Positions 1 through 14,553 of a stretch of 64,000 nucleotides of DNA are shown here, in pieces. The stretch covers positions 32,116,001 through 32,180,000 of the forward strand of contig OZ024755.1 of assembly GCA_964016885.1 (NCBI GenBank), in the 5' to 3' direction. Origin of the DNA: Eledone cirrhosa (Eukaryota). A program made the position numbers and the translations under genes. Under the pieces are notes generated by a model. It was given only the letters and a program-made list of their open reading frames with translations, searched no databases and had not been told where the DNA came from. Each line of letters begins with the position of its first letter. Position 1 is the stretch's first letter.

Positions 1-324
1 TTTTCAGCTCCAAAGGATGTCATATGAAACACTGCATGACATTGCTTCTGAAGTATTTAGCTTCATTAGTACGGTCTGTAAATAGTATATGGATAAAAGC
101 TGGAAGGTAAATTAATTTCAAATAGTATCAATTTTTCTTGTAAAAGCTAAACAATATAAACTTTCATGGGACGTTACTCTCTCATTTATATCTAACACTT
201 TAATTGCATCTCTCTCTGTATAACAGCCTATCTCTCTCCCTCTGTGTCTCTCTCTCTTTAGTCGTGTGTGTCTGTGTAGTTCTCGTGTTAAAACAATAAA
301 TATCTTTCTTTTTTTATATATAGA
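1..324 (-). mobile_element. Non-autonomous Helitron, partial copy (type B), 5' half cut by window edge
   Basis: Matches the 5' part of the repeated ~550-bp unit and ends in ...TATATAGA|T, which is A|TC on the minus strand. Confidence 0.8.
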
Positions 325-1306
325 TTACCTGATCTAGTATCAATTATTTTAAAGATATAGTTACTATTACCTGATCCAGTATCAGTTAAAGATGATATAG
401 TTATTATTGATTGATCTAGTATAAGTTATTTTAAAGATATATTTACTATTACCTGATCCAGTATCAGTAAAAGATGATATAGTTATTATTGGTTGATCTA
501 GTATAAGTTATTTTATAGATATATTTACTATTACCTGATCCAGTATCAGTAAAAGATGATATAGTTATTATTGGTTGATCTAGTATAAGTTATTTTAAAG
601 ATATATTTACTATTACCTTATCCAGTGTCAGTTAAAGATGATATAGTTATTATTGGTTGATCTAGTATAAGTTATTTTAAAGATATAGTTTCTATTACCT
701 GATCCAGTATCAGTTAAAGATGATATAGTTATTATTTGTTGATCTGGTATAAGTTATTTTAAAGATATATTTACTATTACCTGATCCAGTATCGGTTAAA
801 GATGATATAGTATTATTGGTTGATCTAGTATAAGTTATTTTAAAGATATAGTTACTATTACCTGATCCAGTATCAGTTAAAGATGATATAGTTATTATTG
901 GTTGATCTAGTATCAGTTATTTTAAAGATATAGTTACTATTACCTGATCCAGTATTGGTTAAAGATGATATAGTTATTATTGGTTGATCAGTTATTTTAA
1001 AGATATAGTTACTATTACCTGATCCAGTACCAGTTAAAGATGATATAGTTATTATTGGTTGATCTAGTATCAGTTATTTTAAAAATATAGTTAATATTAC
1101 CTGATCCAGTATCAGTTAAAGATGATAGTTATTATTGGTTGATCTAGTATAAGTTATTTTAAAGATATATTTACTATTACCTGATCCAGTATCGGTTATA
1201 GATGATATAGTTATTATTGGTTGATCTAGTAAGTTATTTTAATGTTTGATATAATTACAATTACCTAATCCAGTATTAGTTATTTTGAAGATTGACCTAG
1301 TTACTA

Positions 1307-1859
1307 CTAGCTGAGGTACCCGGCTTTGCTTGGGAGAATAGTTAAGAGAAGGTGGATAAAAGAAAAAAATGACTGTATTGGATATATAGGGCACGCGTTG
1401 AGGTCGTATTGTGACAAAAAAGATGAGAATAAAAATAAAAAAACTTCCTTATTAAGCTGTGGGAGTAAACTGCTGATTAAATCGTAGCATTGGCCTTGGG
1501 TTTTAAATGTGAAATAACCATAGTCAGTAAGATCTTTTTCAGCTCCAAAGGATGTCATATGAAACACTGCATAACATTGCTTCTGAAGTATTTAGCTTCA
1601 TTAGTACGGTCTGTAAGTAGTATATGGATAAAAGCTGGAAGGTATATTAATTTCAAATAGTATCAATTTTTCTTGTAAAAGCTAAACAATATAAACTTTC
1701 ATGGGACGTTACTCTCTCATTTATATCTAACACTTTAATTGCATCTCTCTCTGTATAACAGCCTATCTCCCTCCCTCTGTGTCTCTCTCTCTTTAGTTGT
1801 GTGTGTCTGTGTAGTTCTCGTGTTAAAACAATAAATATCTTTCTTACTTTATATATAGA
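1307..1859 (-). mobile_element. Non-autonomous Helitron, type A
   Basis: Minus strand reads A|TCTATATAT...CCCAAGCAAAGCCGGG-TACCTCAG-CTAG|T: 5'-TC, subterminal GC hairpin, 3'-CTAG, AT target, no TSD. Internal (CT)n/(GT)n microsatellite. Confidence 0.88.
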
Positions 1860-2278
1860 TTACCTGATCTAGTATCAGTTATTTTAAAGATATAGTTACT
1901 ATTACCTGATCCAGTATCAGTTAAAGATGATATAGTTATTATTGGTTGATCTAGTATAAGTTATTTTAAAGATATATTTACTATTACCTTATCCAGTGTC
2001 AGTTAAAGATGATATAGTTATTATAGGTTGATCTAGTATCAGTTATTTTAAAGATATAGTTACTATTACCTGATCTAGTATCAGTTAAAGATGATATAGT
2101 TATTATTGGTTGATGTAGTATAAGTTAATTCAAAGATATATTTACTATTACCGGATCCAGTATCGGTTAAAGATGATATAGTTATTATTGGTTGATCTAG
2201 TATCAGATATTTTAAAGTTTGATATAATTACAATTATCTAATCCAGTATTAGTTATTTTAAACATTGACATAGTTCTA

Positions 2279-2829
2279 CCAGCTGAGGTACCCGGCTTTG
2301 CCTGGGAGAATAGTTAAGAGAAGGCTGATAAAAGAAAAAAATGACTGAATTGGATATGTTGAGCATGGGTTGGTGCCGTAATGTGACAAAAAGTAGAGAA
2401 TAAAAATAAAAAACTTCAGTATTAAGCTGTGGGAGTAAACTGCTGATTAAATCGTAGCATTGGCCTTGGATTTTAAATGTGAAATAACTATAGTCAGTAA
2501 GATCTTTTTCAGCTCCAAAGGATGTCATATGAAACACTGCATGACATTGCTTCTGAAGTATTTAGCTTCATTAGTACGGTCTGTAAATAGTATATGGATA
2601 AAAGCTGGAAGGTAAATTAATTTCAAATAGTATCAATTTTTCTTGTAAAAGCTAAACAATATAAACTTTCATGGGACGTTACTCTCTCATTTATATCTAA
2701 CACTTTAATTGCATCTCTCTCTGTATAACAGCCTATCTCTCTCCCTCTGTGTCTCTCTCTCTTTAGTCGTGTGTGTCTGTGTAGTTCTCGTGTTAAAACA
2801 ATAAATATCTTTCTTTTTTTATATATAGA
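2279..2829 (-). mobile_element. Non-autonomous Helitron, type B
   Basis: Same unit with 3' end CTGG (fits CTRR) and hairpin CCCAGGC-AAA-GCCGGG. Confidence 0.85.
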
Positions 2830-3811
2830 TTACCTGATCTAGTATCAATTATTTTAAAGATATAGTTACTATTACCTGATCCAGTATCAGTTAAAGATGA
2901 TATAGTTATTATTGATTGATCTAGTATAAGTTATTTTAAAGATATATTTACTATTACCTGATCCAGTATCAGTAAAAGATGATATAGTTATTATTGGTTG
3001 ATCTAGTATAAGTTATTTTATAGATATATTTACTATTACCTGATCCAGTATCAGTAAAAGATGATATAGTTATTATTGGTTGATCTAGTATAAGTTATTT
3101 TAAAGATATATTTACTATTACCTTATCCAGTGTCAGTTAAAGATGATATAGTTATTATTGGTTGATCTAGTATAAGTTATTTTAAAGATATAGTTTCTAT
3201 TACCTGATCCAGTATCAGTTAAAGATGATATAGTTATTATTTGTTGATCTGGTATAAGTTATTTTAAAGATATATTTACTATTACCTGATCCAGTATCGG
3301 TTAAAGATGATATAGTATTATTGGTTGATCTAGTATAAGTTATTTTAAAGATATAGTTACTATTACCTGATCCAGTATCAGTTAAAGATGATATAGTTAT
3401 TATTGGTTGATCTAGTATCAGTTATTTTAAAGATATAGTTACTATTACCTGATCCAGTATTGGTTAAAGATGATATAGTTATTATTGGTTGATCAGTTAT
3501 TTTAAAGATATAGTTACTATTACCTGATCCAGTACCAGTTAAAGATGATATAGTTATTATTGGTTGATCTAGTATCAGTTATTTTAAAAATATAGTTAAT
3601 ATTACCTGATCCAGTATCAGTTAAAGATGATAGTTATTATTGGTTGATCTAGTATAAGTTATTTTAAAGATATATTTACTATTACCTGATCCAGTATCGG
3701 TTATAGATGATATAGTTATTATTGGTTGATCTAGTAAGTTATTTTAATGTTTGATATAATTACAATTACCTAATCCAGTATTAGTTATTTTGAAGATTGA
3801 CCTAGTTACTA

Positions 3812-4364
3812 CTAGCTGAGGTACCCGGCTTTGCTTGGGAGAATAGTTAAGAGAAGGTGGATAAAAGAAAAAAATGACTGTATTGGATATATAGGGCACG
3901 CGTTGAGGTCGTATTGTGACAAAAAAGATGAGAATAAAAATAAAAAAACTTCCTTATTAAGCTGTGGGAGTAAACTGCTGATTAAATCGTAGCATTGGCC
4001 TTGGGTTTTAAATGTGAAATAACCATAGTCAGTAAGATCTTTTTCAGCTCCAAAGGATGTCATATGAAACACTGCATGACATTGCTTCTGAAGTATTTAG
4101 CTTCATTAGTACGGTCTGTAAGTAGTATATGGATAAAAGCTGGAAGGTATATTAATTTCAAATAGTATCAATTTTTCTTGTAAAAGCTAAACAATATAAA
4201 CTTTCATGAGACGTTACTCTCTCATTTATATCTAACACTTTAATTGCATCTCTCTCTGTATAACAGCCTATCTCCCTCCCTCTGTGTCTCTCTCTCTTTA
4301 GTTGTGTGTGTCTGTGTAGTTCTCGTGTTAAAACAATAAATATCTTTCTTACTTTATATATAGA
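3812..4364 (-). mobile_element. Non-autonomous Helitron, type A
   Basis: Near-identical to 1307-1859. Confidence 0.85.
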
Positions 4365-5584
4365 TTACCTGATCTAGTATCAGTTATTTTAAAGATATAG
4401 TTACTATTACCTGATCCAGTATCAGTTAAAGATGATATAGTTATTATGGGTTGATCTAGTATCAGTTATTTTAAAGATATAGTTACTATTACCTGATCTA
4501 GTATCAGTTAAAGATGATATAGTTATTATTGGTTGATCTAGTATAAGTTATTTTAAAGATATAGTTTCTATTACCTGATCCAGTATCAGTTAAAGATGAT
4601 ATAGTTATTATTGGTTGATCTAGTATCAGTTATTTTAAAGATATATTTAATATTACCTTATCCAGTGTCAGTTAAAGATGATATAGTTATTATTGGTTGA
4701 TCTGGTATAAGTTATTTTAAAGATATATTTACTATTACCTGATTCAGTATCAGTTAAAGATGATATAGTTATTATTGGTTGATCAGTTATTTTAAAGATA
4801 TAGTTACTATTACCTGATCCAGTACCAGTTAAAGATGATATAGTTATTATTGGTTGATCTAGTATCAGTTATTTTAAAAATATAGTTACTATTATCTGAT
4901 CCAGTATCAGTTAAAGATGATAGTTATTATTGGTTGATCTAGTATAAGTTATTTTAAAGATATAGTTTCTATTACCTGATCCAGTATCAGTTAAAGATGA
5001 TATAGTTATTATTGGTTGATCTAGTATAAGTTATTTTAAAGATATATTTACTATTACCTGATCCAGTATCAGTAAAAGATGATATAGTTATTATTGGTTG
5101 ATCTAGTATAAGTTATTTTAAAGATATATTTACTATTACCTTATCCAGTGTCAGTTAAAGATGATATAGTTATTATTGGTTGATCTAGTATAAGTTATTT
5201 TAAAGATATAGTTTCTATTACCTGATCCAGTATCAGTTAAAGATGATATAGTTATTATTGGTTGATCAGTTATTTTAAAGATATAGTTACTATTACCTGA
5301 TCCAGTACCAGTTAAAGATGATATAGTTATTATTGGTTGATCTAGTATCAGTTATTTTAAAAATATAGTTACTATTACCTGATCCAGTATCAGTTAAAGA
5401 TGATAGTTATTATTGGTTGATCTAGTATAAGTTATTTTAAAGATATATTTACTATTACCTGATCCAGTATCGGTTATAGATGATATAGTTATTATTGGTT
5501 GATCTAGTAAGTTATTTTAATGTTTGATATAATTACAATTACCTAATCCAGTATTAGTTATTTTGAAGATTGACCTAGTTACTA

Positions 5585-6137
5585 CTAGCTGAGGTACCCG
5601 GCTTTGCTTGGGAGAATAGTTAAGAGAAGGTGGATAAAAGAAAAAAATGACTGTATTGGATATATAGGGCACGCGTTGAGGTCGTATTGTGACAAAAAAG
5701 ATGAGAATAAAAATAAAAAAACTTCCTTATTAAGCTGTGGGAGTAAACTGCTGATTAAATCGTAGCATTGGCCTTGGGTTTTGAATGTGAAATAACCATA
5801 GTCAGTAAGATCTTTTTCAGCTCCAAAGGATGTCATATGAAACACTGCATGACATTGCTTCTGAAGTATTTAGCTTCATTAGTACGGTCTGTAAGTAGTA
5901 TATGGATAAAAGCTGGAAGGTATATTAATTTCAAATAGTATCAATTTTTCTTGTAAAAGCTAAACAATATAAACTTTCATGGGACGTTACTCTCTCATTT
6001 ATATCTAACACTTTAATTGCATCTCTCTCTGTATAACAGCCTATCTCCCTCCCTCTGTGTCTCTCTCTCTTTAGTTGTGTGTGTCTGTGTAGTTCTCGTG
6101 TTAAAACAATAAATATCTTTCTTACTTTATATATAGA
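5585..6137 (-). mobile_element. Non-autonomous Helitron, type A
   Basis: Near-identical to 1307-1859. Confidence 0.85.
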
Positions 6138-6884
6138 TTACCTGATCTAGTATCAGTTATTTTAAAGATATAGTTACTATTACCTGATCCAGTATCAGTT
6201 AAAGATGATATAGTTATTATAGGTTGATCTAGTATCAGTTATTTTAAAGATATAGTTACTATTACCTGATCTAGTATCAGTTAAAGATGATATAGTTATT
6301 ATTGGTTGATCTAGTATAAGTTATTTTAAAGATATAGTTTCTATTACCTGATCCAGTATCAGTTAAAGATGATATAGTTATTATTGGTTGATCTAGTATA
6401 AGTTATTTTAAAGATATAGTTACTATTACCTGATCTAGTATCAGTTAAAGATGATATAGTTATTATTGGTTGATCTAGTATAAGTTATTTTAAAGATATA
6501 GTTTCTATTACCTGATCCAGTATCAGTTAAAGATGATATAGTTATTATTGGTTGATCTAGTATAAGTTATTTTATAGATATATTTACTATTACCTGATCC
6601 AGTATCAGTTAAAGATGATATAGTTATTATTGGTTGATCTGGTATAAGTTATTTTAAAGATATAGTTTCTATTACCTGATTCAGTATCAGTTAAAGATGA
6701 TATAGTTATTATTGGTTGATGTAGTATAAGTTAATTCAAAGATATATTTACTATTACCGGATCCAGTATCGGTTAAAGATGATATAGTTTTTATTGGTTG
6801 ATCTAGTATCAGATATTTTAAAGTTTGATATAATTACAATTATCTAATCCAGTATTAGTTATTTTAAAGATTGACATAGTTCTA

Positions 6885-7435
6885 CCAGCTGAGGTACCCG
6901 GCTTTGCCTGGGAGAATAGTTAAGAGAAGGCTGATAAAAGAAAAAAATGACTGAATTGGATATGTTGAGCATGGGTTGGTGCCGTAATGTGACAAAAAGT
7001 AGAGAATAAAAATAAAAAACTTCAGTATTAAGCTGTGGGAGTAAACTGCTGATTAAATCGTAGCATTGGCCTTGGATTTTAAATGTGAAATAACTATAGT
7101 CAGTAAGATCTTTTTCAGCTCCAAAGGATGTCATATGAAACACTGCATGACATTGCTTCTGAAGTATTTAGCTTCATTAGTACGGTCTGTAAATAGTATA
7201 TGGATAAAAGCTGGAAGGTAAATTAATTTCAAATAGTATCAATTTTTCTTGTAAAAGCTAAACAATATAAACTTTCATGGGACGTTACTCTCTCATTTAT
7301 ATCTAACACTTTAATTGCATCTCTCTCTGTATAACAGCCTATCTCTCTCCCTCTGTGTCTCTCTCTCTTTAGTCGTGTGTGTCTGTGTAGTTCTCGTGTT
7401 AAAACAATAAATATCTTTCTTTTTTTATATATAGA
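6885..7435 (-). mobile_element. Non-autonomous Helitron, type B
   Basis: Near-identical to 2279-2829. Confidence 0.85.
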
Positions 7436-8264
7436 TTACCTGATCTAGTATCAATTATTTTAAAGATATAGTTACTATTACCTGATCCAGTATCAGTTAA
7501 AGATGATATAGTTATTATTGATTGATCTAGTATAAGTTATTTTAAAGATATATTTACTATTACCTGATCCAGTATCAGTAAAAGATGATATAGTTATTAT
7601 TGGTTGATCTAGTATAAGTTATTTTATAGATATATTTACTATTACCTGATCCAGTATCAGTAAAAGATGATATAGTTATTATTGGTTGATCTAGTATAAG
7701 TTATTTTAAAGATATATTTACTATTACCTTATCCAGTGTCAGTTAAAGATGATATAGTTATTATTGGTTGATCTAGTATAAGTTATTTTAAAGATATATT
7801 TACTATTACCTGATTCAGTATCAGTTAAAGATGATATAGTTATTATTGGTTGATCTAGTATAAGTTATTTTAAAGATATATTTACTATTACCTGATTCAG
7901 TATAAGTTAAAGATGATATAGTTATTATTGGTTGATGTAGTATAAGTTATTTTAAAGATATAGTTTCTATTACCTGATCCAGTATCAGTTAAAGATGATA
8001 TAGTTATTATTGGTTGATCTGGTATAAGTTATTTTAAAGATATATTTACTATTACCTGATTCAGTATCAGTTAAAGATGATATAGTTATTATTGGTTGAT
8101 GTAGTATAAGTTAATTCAAAGATATATTTACTATTACCGGATCCAGTATCGGTTAAAGATGATATAGTTATTATTGGTTGATCTAGTATCAGATATTTTA
8201 AAGTTTGATATAATTACAATTATCTAATCCAGTATTAGTTATTTTAAAGATTGACATAGTTCTA

Positions 8265-8815
8265 CCAGCTGAGCTACCCGGCTTTGCCTGGGAGAATAGT
8301 TAAGAGAAGGCTGATAAAAGTAAAAAATGACTGAATTGGATATGTTGAGCATGGGTTGGTGCCGTAATGTGACAAAAAGTAGAGAATAAAAATAAAAAAC
8401 TTCAGTATTAAGCTGTGGGAGTAAACTGCTGATTAAATCGTAGCATTGGCCTTGGATTTTAAATGTGAAATAACTATAGTCAGTAAGATCTTTTTCAGCT
8501 CCAAAGGATGTCATATGAAACACTGCATGACATTGCTTCTGAAGTATTTAGCTTCATTAGTACGGTCTGTAAATAGCATATGGATAAAAGCTGGAAGGTA
8601 AATTAATTTCAAATAGTATCAATTTTTCTTGTAAAAGCTAAACAATATAAACTTTCATGGGACGTTACTCTCTCATTTATATCTAACACTTTAATTGCAT
8701 CTCTCTCTGTATAACAGCCTATCTCTCTCCCTCTGTGTCTCTCTCTCTTTAGTCGTGTGTGTCTGTGTAGTTCTCGTGTTAAAACAATAAATATCTTTCT
8801 TTTTTTATATATAGA
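8265..8815 (-). mobile_element. Non-autonomous Helitron, type B
   Basis: Near-identical to 2279-2829 with a few private substitutions. Confidence 0.85.
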
Positions 8816-9705
8816 TTACCTGATCTAGTATCAGTTATTTTAAAGATATAGTTACTATTACCTGATCCAGTATCGGTTAAAGATGATATAGTTATTATTG
8901 GTTGATCAGTTATTTTAAAGATATAGTTACTATTACCTGATCCAGTACCAGTTAAAGATGATATAGTTATTATTGGTTGATCTAGTATCAGTTATTTTAA
9001 AAATATAGTTACTATTACCTGATCCAGTATCAGTTAAAGATGATAGTTATTATTGGTTGATCTAGTATAAGTTATTTTAAAGATATAGTTTCTATTACCT
9101 GATCCAGTATCAGTTAAAGATGATATAGTTATTATTGGTTGATCTAGTATAAGTTATTTTAAAGATATATTTACTATTACCTGATCCAGTATCAGTAAAA
9201 GATGATATAGTTATTATTGGTTGATCTAGTATAAGTTATTTTAAAGATATATTTACTATTACCTTATCCAGTGTCAGTTAAAGATGATATAGTTATTATT
9301 GGTTGATCTAGTATGTTATTTTAAAGATATAGTTTCTATTACCTGATCCAGTATCAGTTAAAGATGATATAGTTATTATTGGTTGATCAGTTATTTTAAA
9401 GATATAGTTACTATTACCTGATCCAGTACCAGTTAAAGATGATATAGTTATTATTGGTTGATCTAGTATCAGTTATTTTAAAAATATAGTTACTATTACC
9501 TGATCCAGTATCAGTTAAAGATGATAGTTATTATTGGTTGAACTAGTATAAGTTATTTTAAAGATATATTTACTATTACCTGATTCAGTATCGGTTATAG
9601 ATGATATAGTTATTATTGGTTGATCTAGTAAGTTATTTTAATGTTTGATATAATTACAATTACCTAATCCAGTATTAGTTATTTTGAAGATTGACCTAGT
9701 TACTA

Positions 9706-10258
9706 CTAGCTGAGGTACCCGGCTTTGCTTGGGAGAATAGTTAAGAGAAGGTGGATAAAAGAAAAAAATGACTGTATTGGATATATAGGGCACGCGTTGA
9801 GGTCGTATTGTGACAAAAAAGATGAGAATAAAAATAAAAAAACTTCCTTATTAAGCTGTGGGAGTAAACTGCTGATTAAATCGTAGCATTGGCCTTGGGT
9901 TTTAAATGTGAAATAACCATAGTCAGTAAGATCTTTTTCAGCTCCAAAGGATGTCATATGAAACACTGCATGACATTGCTTCTGAAGTATTTAGCTTCAT
10001 TAGTACGGTCTGTAAGTAGTATATGGATAAAAGCTGGAAGGTATATTAATTTCAAATAGTATCAATTTTTCTTGTAAAAGCTAAACAATATAAACTTTCA
10101 TGGGACGTTACTCTCTCATTTATATCTAACACTTTAATTGCATCTCTCTCTGTATAACAGCCTATCTCCCTCCCTCTGTGTCTCTCTCTCTTTAGTTGTG
10201 TGTGTCTGTGTAGTTCTCGTGTTAAAACAATAAATATCTTTCTTACTTTATATATAGA
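9706..10258 (-). mobile_element. Non-autonomous Helitron, type A
   Basis: Near-identical to 1307-1859. Confidence 0.85.
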
Positions 10259-10923
10259 TTACCTGATCTAGTATCAGTTATTTTAAAGATATAGTTACTA
10301 TTACCTGATCCAGTATCAGTTAAAGATGATATAGTTATTATAGGTTGATCTAGTATCAGTTATTTTAAAGATATAGTTACTATTACCTGATCTAGTATCA
10401 GTTAAAGATGATATAGTTATTATTGGTTGATCTGGTATAAGTTATTTTAAAGATATAGTTTCTATTACCTGATCCAGTATCAGTTAAAGATGATATAGTT
10501 ATTATTGATTGATCTAGTATAAGTTATTTTAAAGATATATTTACTATTACCTGATCCAGTATCAGTAAAAGATGATATAGTTATTATTGGTTGATGTAGT
10601 ATAAGTTATTTTAAAGATATAGTTTCTATTACCTGATCCAGTATCAGTTAAAGATGATATAGTTATTATTGGTTGATCTGGTATAAGTTATTTTAAAGAT
10701 ATATTTACTATTACCTGATTCAGTATCAGTTAAAGATGATATAGTTATTATTGGTTGATGTAGTATAAGTTAATTCAAAGATATATTTACTATTACCGGA
10801 TCCAGTATCGGTTAAAGATGATATAGTTATTATTGGTTGATCTAGTATCAGATATTTTAAAGTTTGATATAATTACAATTATCTAATCCAGTATTAGTTA
10901 TTTTAAAGATTGACATAGTTCTA

Positions 10924-11474
10924 CCAGCTGAGGTACCCGGCTTTGCCTGGGAGAATAGTTAAGAGAAGGCTGATAAAAGAAAAAAATGACTGAATTGGAT
11001 ATGTTGAGCATGGGTTGGTGCCGTAATGTGACAAAAAGTAGAGAATAAAAATAAAAAACTTCAGTATTAAGCTGTGGGAGTAAACTGCTGATTAAATCGT
11101 AGCATTGGCCTTGGATTTTAAATGTGAAATAACTATAGTCAGTAAGATCTTTTTCAGCTCCAAAGGATGTCATATGAAACACTGCATGACATTGCTTCTG
11201 AAGTATTTAGCTTCATTAGTACGGTCTGTAAATAGTATATGGATAAAAGCTGGAAGGTAAATTAATTTCAAATAGTATCAATTTTTCTTGTAAAAGCTAA
11301 ACAATATAAACTTTCATGGGACGTTACTCTCTCATTTATATCTAACACTTTAATTGCATCTCTCTCTGTATAACAGCCTATCTCTCTCCCTCTGTGTCTC
11401 TCTCTCTTTAGTCGTGTGTGTCTGTGTAGTTCTCGTGTTAAAACAATAAATATCTTTCTTTTTTTATATATAGA
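10924..11474 (-). mobile_element. Non-autonomous Helitron, type B
   Basis: Near-identical to 2279-2829. Confidence 0.85.
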
Positions 11475-12784
11475 TTACCTGATCTAGTATCAATTATTTT
11501 AAAGATATAGTTTACTATTACCTGATCCAGTATCAGTTAAAGATGATATAGTTATTATTGATTGATCTAGTATAAGTTATTTTAAAGATATATTTACTAT
11601 TACCTGATCCAGTATCAGTAAAAGATGATATAGTTATTATTGGTTGATCTAGTATAAGTTATTTTATAGATATATTTACTATTACCTGATCCAGTATCAG
11701 TAAAAGATGATATAGTTATTATTGGTTGATCTAGTATAAGTTATTTTAAAGATATATTTACTATTACCTTATCCAGTGTCAGTTAAAGATGATATAGTTA
11801 TTATTGGTTGATCTAGTATAAGTTATTTTAAAGATATATTTACTATTACCTGATTCAGTATCAGTTAAAGATGATATAGTTATTATTGGTGATCTAGTAT
11901 AAGTTATTTTAAAGATATATTTACTATTACCTGATTCAGTATCAGTTAAAGATGATATAGTTATTATTGGTTGATGTAGTATAAGTTATTTTAAAGATAT
12001 AGTTTCTATTACCTGATCCAGTATCAGTTAAAGATGATATAGTTATTATTGGTTGATCTGGTATAAGTTATTTTAAAGATATATTTACTATTACCTGATT
12101 CAGTATCAGTTAAAGATGATATAGTTATTATTGGTTGATGTAGTATAAGTTATTTTAAAGATATAGTTTCTATTACCTGATCCAGTATCAGTTAAAGATG
12201 ATATAGTTATTATTGGTTGATCTGGTATAAGTTATTTTAAAGATATATTTACTATTACCTGATCCAGTATCGGTTAAAGATGATATAGTATTATTGGTTG
12301 ATCTAGTATAAGTTATTTTAAAGATATAGTTACTATTACCTGATCCAGTATCAGTTAAAGATGATATAGTTATTATTGGTTGATCTAGTATCAGTTATTT
12401 TAAAGATATAGTTACTATTACCTGATCCAGTATTGGTTAAAGATGATATAGTTATTATTGGTTGATCAGTTATTTTAAAGATATAGTTACTATTACCTGA
12501 TCCAGTACCAGTTAAAGATGATATAGTTATTATTGGTTGATCTAGTATCAGTTATTTTAAAAATATAGTTAATATTACCTGATCCAGTATCAGTTAAAGA
12601 TGATAGTTATTATTGGTTGATCTAGTATAAGTTATTTTAAAGATATATTTACTATTACCTGATCCAGTATCGGTTATAGATGATATAGTTATTATTGGTT
12701 GATCTAGTAAGTTATTTTAATGTTTGATATAATTACAATTACCTAATCGAGTATTAGTTATTTTGAAGATTGACCTAGTTACTA

Positions 12785-13337
12785 CTAGCTGAGGTACCCG
12801 GCTTTGCTTGGGAGAATAGTTAAGAGAAGGTGGATAAAAGAAAAAAATGACTGTATTGGATATATAGGGCACGCGTTGAGGTCGTATTGTGACAAAAAAG
12901 ATGAGAATAAAAATAAAAAAACTTCATTATTAAGCTGTGGGAGTAAACTGCTGATTAAATCGTAGCATTGGCCTTGGGTTTTAAATGTGAAATAACCATA
13001 GTCAGTAAGATCTTTTTCAGCTCCAAAGGATGTCATATGAAACACTGCATGACATTGCTTCTGAAGTATTTAGCTTCATTAGTACGGTCTGTAAGTAGTA
13101 TATGGATAAAAGCTGGAAGGTATATTAATTTCAAATAGTATCAATTTTTCTTGTAAAAGCTAAACAATATAAACTTTCATGAGACGTTACTCTCTCATTT
13201 ATATCTAACACTTTAATTGCATCTCTCTCTGTATAACAGCCTATCTCCCTCCCTCTGTGTCTCTCTCTCTTTAGTTGTGTGTGTCTGTGTAGTTCTCGTG
13301 TTAAAACAATAAATATCTTTCTTTTTTTATATATAGA
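12785..13337 (-). mobile_element. Non-autonomous Helitron, type A' (A body, B-like 5' end)
   Basis: Type A with CTTCATT variant and T-run terminus instead of TTACTTT. Confidence 0.85.
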
Positions 13338-14002
13338 TTACCTGATCTAGTATCAGTTATTTTAAAGATATAGTTACTATTACCTGATCCAGTATCAGTT
13401 AAAGATGATATAGTTATTATAGGTTGATCTAGTATCAGTTATTTTAAAGATATAGTTACTATTACCTGATCTAGTATCAGTTAAAGATGATATAGTTATT
13501 ATTGGTTGATCTGGTATAAGTTATTTTAAAGATATAGTTTCTATTACCTGATCCAGTATCAGTTAAAGATGATATAGTTATTATTGATTGATCTAGTATA
13601 AGTTATTTTAAAGATATATTTACTATTACCTGATCCAGTATCAGTAAAAGATGATATAGTTATTATTGGTTGATGTAGTATAAGTTATTTTAAAGATATA
13701 GTTTCTATTACCTGATCCAGTATCAGTTAAAGATGATATAGTTATTATTGGTTGATCTGGTATAAGTTATTTTAAAGATATATTTACTATTACCTGATTC
13801 AGTATCAGTTAAAGATGATATAGTTATTATTGGTTGATGTAGTATAAGTTAATTCAAAGATATATTTACTATTACCGGATCCAGTATCGGTTAAAGATGA
13901 TATAGTTATTATTGGTTGATCTAGTATCAGATATTTTAAAGTTTGATATAATTACAATTATCTAATCCAGTATTAGTTATTTTAAAGATTGACATAGTTC
14001 TA

Positions 14003-14553
14003 CCAGCTGAGGTACCCGGCTTTGCCTGGGAGAATAGTTAAGAGAAGGCTGATAAAAGAAAAAAATGACTGAATTGGATATGTTGAGCATGGGTTGGTGC
14101 CGTAATGTGACAAAAAGTAGAGAATAAAAATAAAAAACTTCAGTATTAAGCTGTGGGAGTAAACTGCTGATTAAATCGTAGCATTGGCCTTGGATTTTAA
14201 ATGTGAAATAACTATAGTCAGTAAGATCTTTTTCAGCTCCAAAGGATGTCATATGAAACACTGCATGACATTGCTTCTGAAGTATTTAGCTTCATTAGTA
14301 CGGTCTGTAAATAGTATATGGATAAAAGCTGGAAGGTAAATTAATTTCAAATAGTATCAATTTTTCTTGTAAAAGCTAAACAATATAAACTTTCATGGGA
14401 CGTTACTCTCTCATTTATATCTAACACTTTAATTGCATCTCTCTCTGTATAACAGCCTATCTCTCTCCCTCTGTGTCTCTCTCTCTTTAGTCGTGTGTGT
14501 CTGTGTAGTTCTCGTGTTAAAACAATAAATATCTTTCTTTTTTTATATATAGA
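14003..14553 (-). mobile_element. Non-autonomous Helitron, type B
   Basis: Near-identical to 10924-11474 (offset 3079). Confidence 0.85.

Noticed and set aside
1460-1645. tRNA/snoRNA/miRNA inside the Helitron unit (short stems such as ATGTCAT/ATGACAT)
   Set aside because: Only 7-9-bp stems, broken in some copies (ATAACAT). No Pol III boxes or snoRNA box layout recognised; a covariance search would be needed.
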